64,000 bases of DNA from a virus, in IMG/VR virus record IMGVR_UViG_3300027668_000010, positions 1 through 64,000 of that record. The stretch is one strand, 5' to 3'. Below, piece by piece: positions 1-8,200 of the stretch; position 1 is the first letter of the stretch, and every line of letters starts with the position of its first letter. The translations under genes and the position numbers were made by a program. Below the pieces are notes generated by a model. It was not told where the DNA came from. It made no database searches and worked only from the letters and a program-made list of their open reading frames with translations.

Positions 1-3
1 GGA

Positions 4-504
4 ATGGCTCGTAAAGGAAATGGATTAACTATTTATAACAAAGCCGAAGAAGAAAATGGTGATTACAAAAATGTAGCACTCATTGATAACAAAGGTAAAA
101 TAAAATACTTAGATAAAAAAGTACCATCTAACATTAAGAAACAAATTGAAGACGAAGCTAAGAAGATGATGGAAATCACAAACGAAGGAAACTCAATGAT
201 AAAATTAAAAAACTTAATGAACGAATCAATAGGACTTGGTGAACTACCATCTGAAAAACTAATGAAGATGAAAGTATCAGCTAAAGATATGTTGGATTCA
301 GTTAATCCTAAAAAAGTAAATGAATCTGAAGAGGATGAGTCAAGGAAGAGACTCGATTCTATCAATAAAATCAGACAGGCACTGTCAAAAACAAAAGACC
401 TAAAAAGAGCAGAGTTCGGCTTCCTTGATGATGTTAAAGCTAAAAGACTACTACTAAGCCTAATAGACCATCTAGAAAAACAAGTGAAGGTACTCTCAAA
501 ATAA
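4..504 (+). CDS. Hypothetical head-associated protein; may begin upstream of the window
   Basis: Charged ORF upstream of the scaffold/capsid genes with LMNES/VNES motifs resembling T4 prohead-protease (I/L-x-E) sites. Confidence 0.45.
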   Translation: MARKGNGLTIYNKAEEENGDYKNVALIDNKGKIKYLDKKVPSNIKKQIEDEAKKMMEITNEGNSMIKLKNLMNESIGLGELPSEKLMKMKVSAKDMLDSVNPKKVNESEEDESRKRLDSINKIRQALSKTKDLKRAEFGFLDDVKAKRLLLSLIDHLEKQVKVLSK

Positions 505-531
505 ATCATTAAAAAAGCTAGGATAACAATA

Positions 532-891
532 ATGGATTACTCAGATATATTACAAGATATTTCAGTTGACTTATCATTTATGGTAAAGAAACATCTAAAG
601 GATATTAAAAAATTAGATTCCAAAAAACAAAAACAATTTGGAAAACTATTAGGAGATATGCTGAAAGGTATAGATGATTTAAGTGAAGCCAATGAATCAG
701 TTGTTAACGAAGCTAAGATAGCATTTGTGAATGATAAGTTAGTGGGTGATAGAATCCAAAAATCAGGATTGTTACCACTATTGGGTGACAACAACGCATC
801 TTTAAATGCTAACAAAGTGAAATTTACAAGAGAGTTAAGAGATACACTAATAAAACTTTATAAAAAATACAGTTCATTGACAATAAAGTAA
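532..891 (+). CDS. Hypothetical head-associated protein
   Basis: AGGA upstream; LSE/VNE motifs; head-module context. Confidence 0.5.
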   Translation: MDYSDILQDISVDLSFMVKKHLKDIKKLDSKKQKQFGKLLGDMLKGIDDLSEANESVVNEAKIAFVNDKLVGDRIQKSGLLPLLGDNNASLNANKVKFTRELRDTLIKLYKKYSSLTIK

Positions 892-910
892 TTTTAATAA
901 AAATAAATTA

Positions 911-919
911 ATATTTATA
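911..919 (+). promoter_or_regulatory. Putative late-promoter box ATATTTATA upstream of bS21
   Basis: Same motif recurs in intergenic gaps before most structural operons. Confidence 0.6.
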
Positions 920-955
920 TACACCGGTCATTAGTTTGGCTGGTGTATTTTTTTT
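919..955 (+). terminator. Intrinsic terminator-like hairpin upstream of bS21
   Basis: ACACCGGTCA-ttagtt-TGGCTGGTGT stem (G-U pairs) followed by T8. Confidence 0.65.
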
Positions 956-969
956 AATAAAACAATTAT

Positions 970-1224
970 ATGCAAGAACGAAAAAGTAACTTTAAAAAAG
1001 TCCGTAGAGATGATATGGAAGTAATGGGTAATGCAATGGCAGTGAAAGTCGTTAACGGTCAAATTGAACCAGCTCTTAAATTATGGAAACGTAAGATGAA
1101 AGATAGTGGTAAATTAGATGAAGTTAAAGATAGACGAGAATTCATAAAACCATCAGCAGTTAATCGAAGAAAACGTGCAGAGGCTATACGAACTCAATGG
1201 CACAGAACTCAAGAAGATAAGTAA
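970..1224 (+). CDS. rpsU: Phage-encoded 30S ribosomal protein bS21
   Basis: VKVVNGQIEPALKLWKRKMKDSG..EVKDRREFIKPS..RRKR matches the bS21 signature (ALK.FKR...G...E.R.R..F.KPS); located beside head genes. Confidence 0.9.
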   Translation: MQERKSNFKKVRRDDMEVMGNAMAVKVVNGQIEPALKLWKRKMKDSGKLDEVKDRREFIKPSAVNRRKRAEAIRTQWHRTQEDK

Positions 1225-1375
1225 TGAGTACAATATTAGTGTTTTTATTTATACTACACTATTTATTGTAAATTGTGATACCACCTCCCAATAGGTGGTT
1301 AACGTTATTTTATATAAACAATTATATTAAGATTTACAATAATCTTATTTCCCCAAAAAATTTAGGAGAATTATT

Positions 1376-2347
1376 ATGGCAAGAAAAGACTTGTTATCAG
1401 AAGCAATTGCTGATGCTAAGGCTGTGAAAGAAACAGCAATGGCCAATGCAAAATTAGCTTTGGAAGAGGCATTCACTCCAAAACTTCAATCAATGATATC
1501 TGCGAAGCTAGCAGAAGAAGCTGAAGAAGAAATGGAAGAAGAAGAAACTGAAGAAGCGTATCATTCTGAAGAAGCTGAAGTAGAAGAGTACAAAGAAGCA
1601 GACATGGATTCTGAAGAAGAAGAAATGGAAGAAGCTGAAATGGATTCTGAAGAAGAAGCAGAAACGGAAGAAGAAGAAATGGAAATGGATTCGGAAGAAG
1701 AAATGGAAATGGATTCGGAAGAAGAAATGGAAATGGATTCTGAAGAGGATGAAGATGAATTAGATTTAGAATCTATCATTAGAGAACTTGAAGATGAAAA
1801 CGAAATGGATTCGGAAGAAGAAATGGAAATGACTGAAGAAGAAGAAATGGAAATGGATTCGGAAGAAGAAGTGACTGAAGAAGAAGAAGAAGAAATCGAT
1901 TTGGATGAAGTTATCAGAACATTGAAAGAAATGGAAGATGGTGACGAAGAAGAAGAATCGATGACTGAAGCTGAAGAAGAAGATGAAGATATGGCAGGTG
2001 AATTGGAAGAAGCTTATACAACTATAAAAAGTTTACAAACTACTATCAACGAAGTTAACCTATTGAACGCTAAACTTCTTTACACTAACAAATTATTCAG
2101 AACATTTGATTTAAATGAAAATCAAAAAGTAAAAGTTCTTGAAAACTTTGATAGAACTTCATCAGTAAGAGAAGTTAAGTTAGTATTTTCAACATTAGCT
2201 GAAAATCTTAACGTAGCTAAGAAAACAAAAGTTGTTGTTAGAGAAGGTTATGCTTCTAAAGCAACAAAAAGTTCTGCACCTAAGAAAATAATTTCTGAAG
2301 GTAATGAAATGGCCGCTCGCTGGAAAAAGCTTGCTGGTTTAAATTAA
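1376..2347 (+). CDS. Prohead core scaffolding protein (T4 gp22-like)
   Basis: Extremely acidic low-complexity centre, coiled-coil C-terminus, directly upstream of MCP; AGGAG SD at 1364-1368. Confidence 0.8.
   Translation: MARKDLLSEAIADAKAVKETAMANAKLALEEAFTPKLQSMISAKLAEEAEEEMEEEETEEAYHSEEAEVEEYKEADMDSEEEEMEEAEMDSEEEAETEEEEMEMDSEEEMEMDSEEEMEMDSEEDEDELDLESIIRELEDENEMDSEEEMEMTEEEEMEMDSEEEVTEEEEEEIDLDEVIRTLKEMEDGDEEEESMTEAEEEDEDMAGELEEAYTTIKSLQTTINEVNLLNAKLLYTNKLFRTFDLNENQKVKVLENFDRTSSVREVKLVFSTLAENLNVAKKTKVVVREGYASKATKSSAPKKIISEGNEMAARWKKLAGLN
1600..1870 (+). repeat. Coding tandem repeats (E-M-E-M-D-S-E-E, 24-bp unit)
   Basis: gaaatggaaatggattcggaagaa repeated inside the scaffold gene. Confidence 0.85.
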
Positions 2348-2377
2348 TTTTTAAATAAATAAAAACGGAGAATAAAC

Positions 2378-4024
2378 ATGGATTTAAAAAACATCCTTAG
2401 TGAAGGTTCTTCTCATACCGCTAGATTGTCAGAAGCTACAAGAGCTTTGGCAGGGAAATGGGAAAAAACTGGTCTTTTAGAAGGAATTGACAACGAAGTT
2501 GAAAAAGCAGGCGTTGCAACACTTTTAGAAAACCAAGCAAGACAATTAGTAAAAGAAGCATCTTCTACTGGAACAGCCGCAAACGGTGAAGAATGGGCTG
2601 GAGTAGCTCTACCATTAGTAAGACGTATCTTTTCTGAAATAGTTGCTAAAGATTTCGTATCTGTACAACCAATGAACTTACCATCAGGTCTAGTATTTTA
2701 TCTAGATTTCAAATATGGTACTGCTCAACCAGGTTTTGCAACAGGTGCTGGAAAAGATTCACAACTTGATTCTGTATTCGGTGTTACCGATACTACTGCA
2801 GATGCATCTGGTGGACTTTATGGTGCTGGAAGATTTGGTTATACAATCAATGACCAAGTTACTGCAACTCAATTGAGTTCATCAACTTCAGCAACAGCTG
2901 CAAATAAATTTGCAACTGGTTCAGCTGCATCAGCTGCTACATGGAATTATGATACTGCATTTAGTTCATCTTACCATACGAAGTTTAACGCAACACTACC
3001 AACTGTATATACAATTGCCGTTCCTACTGCATCTATGCCAGGTTTAGACCTTAAAGGTATTAGAGCATTTAGAATTATTGGTACAGATGTTTCTGACCAA
3101 TTCCCACAATTCGCTGTATTAGATGGTGGAGATGTTAGATTTGTAGTAGAAGGAAGTGCAGTACATAATGATAGTATTACAGTTAAGTATCACAAACAAC
3201 CAACTGATATTACTCGTGGTGATTTTGAAGCTACTTCAACTGCTAATCCTGAAGTTGATGTTGATATTCCAGAATTAAATGTTGAAATGAAATCAATTCC
3301 AATCGTTGCTAAGACACGTAAGTTGAAAGCACAATGGACTCCTGAATTCGCTCAAGATTTGAACGCTTATCATAGTATCGATGCAGAAGCTGAATTAACT
3401 TCTATGTTATCAGAATATATCTCACAAGAGATTGATTTTGAAATCTTAGATATGTTGATTACTGATGCTAAGACTACTGGATATTGGTCAACGCAAGTTG
3501 GACGTGAATGGAATGGTACAGCATTTGCTGATTATTCTTCTACTGCAGCTGCAGCTAGTGCATTCGGACAGGGAGCTTGGTTTCAAACTCTTGGAACAGT
3601 TATCGCTGGTGTATCTAATAAGATTCATCAAAAAACACTTAGAGGTGGAGCTAATTTCATAGTTGTATCTCCAGATGTTGCAACGATAATTGAATCTATT
3701 CCAGGTTATGCTAGTGGTGCTGACAACGGTGATGCACAATTTGCATTCGGTGTTCAGAAGATTGGTGCTTTGAATAGCAGATTTACTGTATATAAGAATC
3801 CTTATATGAAAGAGAACGTAATACTAATGGGTTATAGAGGAAATCAATTCCTTGAAACTGGCGCTGTTTATGCACCATATATTCCACTTATTATGACTCC
3901 TTTAGTATATGACCCTAAAAACTTCACTCCACGTAAAGGTGTTATGACACGTTACGCTAAGCAAATGCTAAGAGGTGAGTTCTACGGAAAAGTATACGTT
4001 GATTCATTAAACAAAATTCAGTAA
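2378..4024 (+). CDS. Major capsid protein (T4 gp23-like)
   Basis: LLENQ, PLVRR, VSVQPMNLPSGLVFYLD, AKTRKLKAQWTPEFAQDL..H.IDAEAEL, YAPYIPL, GVMTRY motifs. Confidence 0.97.
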   Translation: MDLKNILSEGSSHTARLSEATRALAGKWEKTGLLEGIDNEVEKAGVATLLENQARQLVKEASSTGTAANGEEWAGVALPLVRRIFSEIVAKDFVSVQPMNLPSGLVFYLDFKYGTAQPGFATGAGKDSQLDSVFGVTDTTADASGGLYGAGRFGYTINDQVTATQLSSSTSATAANKFATGSAASAATWNYDTAFSSSYHTKFNATLPTVYTIAVPTASMPGLDLKGIRAFRIIGTDVSDQFPQFAVLDGGDVRFVVEGSAVHNDSITVKYHKQPTDITRGDFEATSTANPEVDVDIPELNVEMKSIPIVAKTRKLKAQWTPEFAQDLNAYHSIDAEAELTSMLSEYISQEIDFEILDMLITDAKTTGYWSTQVGREWNGTAFADYSSTAAAASAFGQGAWFQTLGTVIAGVSNKIHQKTLRGGANFIVVSPDVATIIESIPGYASGADNGDAQFAFGVQKIGALNSRFTVYKNPYMKENVILMGYRGNQFLETGAVYAPYIPLIMTPLVYDPKNFTPRKGVMTRYAKQMLRGEFYGKVYVDSLNKIQ

Positions 4025-4054
4025 TCATTAGATTATAGAATTTATACTTAATCT

Positions 4055-4085
4055 AAAAGGGCTTACTTCGGTAGGCCCTTTTTTT
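4055..4085 (+). terminator. Intrinsic terminator after MCP
   Basis: AAAAGGGCTTAC-TTCG-GTAGGCCCTTTTTTT. Confidence 0.9.
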
Positions 4086-4154
4086 ATGCCTTAAATGTTG
4101 TAATAAAAAATGAATTGATATTTATACTAAAGGTTATTTAAGATAGGATTGTAT

Positions 4155-4814
4155 ATGCAGGAAAACGTAGAAAAAAAAGCACCCAAAGGGAATATTAAAT
4201 TTTCAATTACATTATCAGATGAACAAAAAACATCAAAAGCACAAATACTCAATCACCCATTTAGTTTTATAATAGGACAAGCTGGTAGTGGTAAAACTTT
4301 ATTAGCATGTCAGGTTGGATTGGATATGTTTTTTAAAAGAACTGTGAATAAAATAGTGGTTACTAGACCAACTGTATCAAATGAAGATAATGGATTTCTT
4401 CCAGGAACATTAGAAGAAAAAATGGAGCCCTGGTTAGTACCAATTAAATCGAATATGAGAAAGGTTTATAACAAGCCGGCTATATTAGATAAAATGATGG
4501 TAGATGAGCAAATTGAATTAGTATCATTATCACATTTTAGGGGAAGAACGTTTGAAAACTCCATAGTTATAGTAGATGAGTTTCAAAATTTAACTAAACA
4601 ACAACTTCTTATGGTGTTAGGTCGTGTAGGTAAAGGTTCTACTATGATATTATGTGGTGACCCACAACAAATTGATTTAAAATTCAGGAATGATTCAGCA
4701 ATACATGAAGTTCCTAAATTAAAAAATTCAAAATGGGTTTACGATGTTGTATTAAAGGATAACCATAGACATGAATCTTTAAATGATATTTTAAGATTAT
4801 TAACAGAATATTAA
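4155..4814 (+). CDS. phoH: PhoH-family ATPase
   Basis: GQAGSGKT P-loop, VTRP, GFLPGTLEEKMEPW, RGRTF, DEFQN, GDPQQID; ATG 4155 preferred over TTG 4149. Confidence 0.95.
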   Translation: MQENVEKKAPKGNIKFSITLSDEQKTSKAQILNHPFSFIIGQAGSGKTLLACQVGLDMFFKRTVNKIVVTRPTVSNEDNGFLPGTLEEKMEPWLVPIKSNMRKVYNKPAILDKMMVDEQIELVSLSHFRGRTFENSIVIVDEFQNLTKQQLLMVLGRVGKGSTMILCGDPQQIDLKFRNDSAIHEVPKLKNSKWVYDVVLKDNHRHESLNDILRLLTEY

Positions 4815-4853
4815 ATTGTATATATTTATTATAAACATTAATCAAAGGTAATT

Positions 4854-5246
4854 ATGTCAGCTGGAAAATATTCATTTACAATAGAGCAGGGGGCTACCCT
4901 CCAATTTGAAATACAATATAAAGATTCTAATAACATTCCTGTGGATTTAACTTCATATAACGGAAGATTACAAGTTAGACCAACAGTTGGTTCATCTGAT
5001 GTGTATTTAACGTTATCAAGTACCTTACAATCAGATAAGACCGGATTAAACTTTAGTGGTTCAAATGGAAGTACACCGTTATCATCAGGTTCAATTGGAA
5101 TATACGTTTCAGCAGTAACTTCATCAGTATTAGATTTCACAACTGCACATTATGATTTGGAAATCTACTCTGGTAGTGGTAATTCTGAGTATGTGGTTAG
5201 GTTATTGGAAGGTAAGGTAAACTTATCTAAAGAGGTAACACGATAA
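4854..5246 (+). CDS. Virion fibre-anchor/adaptor protein (BppU-N-like beta sandwich)
   Basis: IEQGAT...PVDLT.Y..R.QVR...YDLEI...RLLEG.V pattern typical of proteins preceding phage fibres. Confidence 0.55.
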   Translation: MSAGKYSFTIEQGATLQFEIQYKDSNNIPVDLTSYNGRLQVRPTVGSSDVYLTLSSTLQSDKTGLNFSGSNGSTPLSSGSIGIYVSAVTSSVLDFTTAHYDLEIYSGSGNSEYVVRLLEGKVNLSKEVTR

Positions 5247-8200
5247 ATGGCATCTAAGAAAGTAAATATAACAAATACTGATAATAAAGTAACTGTAACC
5301 AACTCAAATAATAAAATTGAGGTTATAGATACTAACGTTGCATCAAATATTGAAGTTACCCGACCCGTAACTACAATAGTTGAAGTAAAATCACCAGGCC
5401 CACAAGGTGCAGTTGGTATCACAGGCCCATCTGGGTCACAAGGTATTCAAGGAACTGCAGGCGTTGATGGTGGTGGGGTATTTACACTAATTGAAGGTGG
5501 AATAATATACGCAACCACATCATCTCTACAAATATCAGGTTCACTATATGTAAGTGGTTCATATTTTGGAGATGGTTCAAACCTAACAGGCGTTGGTGGA
5601 GCAGCTGGAACAATAAGTGGTTCGGCTCAAATCATAGCACATTTACCTGTTGGAACAATAAGTGGTTCAACGCAATTTGATACACTTACACTTCCATTTA
5701 CAGGTTCATTCACTGGGTCTTTCGCTGGAGATGGTTCTCAACTAACCTCTATTCCATCCCAAACTGCTAACGACTTCACAACAATATTAAAAAATAAACT
5801 TGATGCAATCGAAGCTAGTGCTGATGTAACTGATGCAACTAACGTATTAGCAAATTTACCTGCTGGAACAATTAGTAGTTCAGCACAATTACCATCTGGT
5901 ATTATAAGTGGTTCAACGCAATTTGATACACTTACACTTCCATTTACAGGTTCATTCACTGGGTCTTTCGCTGGAGATGGTTCTCAACTAACCTCTATTC
6001 CATCCCAAACTGCTAACGACTTCACAACAATATTAAAAAATAAACTTGATGCAATCGAAGCTAGTGCTGATGTAACTGATGCAACTAACGTATTAGCAAA
6101 TTTACCTGCTGGAACAATTAGTAGTTCAGCACAATTACCATCTGGTATTATAAGTGGTTCAACGCAATTTGATACACTTACACTTCCATTTACTGGGTCT
6201 TTTACAGGCTCATTTATTGGGGATGGTTCGTTATTAACTTCATTACCTACACAAACTGCAAATGACTTTACAAATACTCTAAAAAGCAAATTAGATGCAA
6301 TTGAAGCATCCGCAGACGTAACCGATACAACTAATGTAACATCTGCTGGGGCATTGATGGATTCTGAGGTTTCTGCATTAGCATTAATTAAAGGATTAAC
6401 CGCAGCATCAATTTCTGGTTCGTTTACTTCTGTAAGTTCTTCAATAGCATCCGATGTTGCAACCAATACCGCAAAAGTAACAAACGTAAGTACTAATTTA
6501 ACTAAAACAACTGCTACAGCTCAAATAACAATTAATTCATCTGATGGGGATAACGTAGTTATCGCAGAAGCAAGTGATTCTATTGCCGGCTTAATGAGTA
6601 CTACCCATCACGATAAACTTGATGGAATCGAAGCATTAGCAGATGTAACAGATACAACCAATGTATTATCTTCTTTAGTTGGGAGTGAATTGGTAGTTAA
6701 AACAATAACGGCTGAAGAATATGTAGTAAGTTCATCAGTAACTCATATGACTACATCATTTAGTAGTGGTTCTACAATATTTGGCGATGATATATTAGAT
6801 ACACATCAATTTACAGGTTCATTATTTGTTAGTGGTTCATTATATGGTGATGGTTCAAATTTAACAGGTGTTGGTGGAGCAGCTGGAACGATAAGTAGTT
6901 CAGCACAATTACCAACTGGTATTATAAGTGGTTCAACTCAATTCGATACACTCACTCTTCCATTTACAGGCTCATTCACTGGGTCTTTTAATGGTGATGG
7001 TAGTGGAATCACAGGAATTAGTGGAGCATCAGATGAAAACTTTACATCGACATTAAAAAACAAATTAGATGGAATTGAAGCATCCTCTGATGTAACAGAT
7101 ACAGCAAATGTATTAGCAAATTTACCTGCTGGTATTATAAGTGGTTCAACTCAATTTAATACATTAACAACTCCATTTACAGGTTCATTTACAGGTTCAT
7201 ATTTTGGAGATGGTTCAAACCTAACAGGCGTTGGTGGAGCAGCTGGAACAATTAGTAGTTCAGCTCAATTACCAAGTGGAATCATAAGTAGTTCAGCTCA
7301 ATTACCAAGTGGAATCATAAGTGGCTCAACACAATTCGATACACTTACTCTTCCATTTACAGGCTCATTCACTGGGTCTTTCGCTGGAGATGGCTCGTTA
7401 TTAACTTCATTACCTACTCAGACAGCAAATGATTTTACAAATACTTTAAAAACTAAATTAGATGCCATTGAAGCATCCGCAGATGTAACAGATACGGCAA
7501 ATGTATTAGCAAATTTACCTGCTGGTATCATAAGTGGTTCAACACAATTGCCAATTGGAATCATAAGTGGTTCAACACAATTCGATACATTAACCCTTCC
7601 ATTTACAGGTTCATTTACTGGGTCTTTCGCTGGAGATGGGAGTGGATTAACCTCTCTTCCAACCCAAACAGCAAATGATTTTACAAATACTTTAAAAACT
7701 AAATTAGATGCCATTGAAGCATCCGCAGATGTAACAGATGCAACTAATGTAGTAGCAGCACTTGATACGTTAGGAGTTATAAGTGGTTCGGCTCAAGTCT
7801 TAGCACAATTACCTGATGGAACGATAAGTGGCTCAACGCAATTCGATACATTAACACTCCCATTTACTGGGTCTTTTACAGGCTCATTTGTTGGCGATGG
7901 GAGTGGATTAACCTCTCTTCCAGCCCAAACTGCAAATGATTTTACAACAACATTAAAAAACAAATTAGATGCCATTGAGGCATCCGCAGACGTAACCGAT
8001 GCAGCTAATGTATTATCATCATTGCCAGCTGGGGTAGTAAGTAGTTCAGCATTTCCATTAGGTGTTAATATTACAGGCGGAGCTATAATTACAGGTTCAA
8101 CATCGATATATCGTTCTGGTTCTATTGGTGATACGACTATATTTAGTGTTGAAGGTGGACTAGGTACTTTATTCTCAGTAACAGATGAACTAACAGGTTC

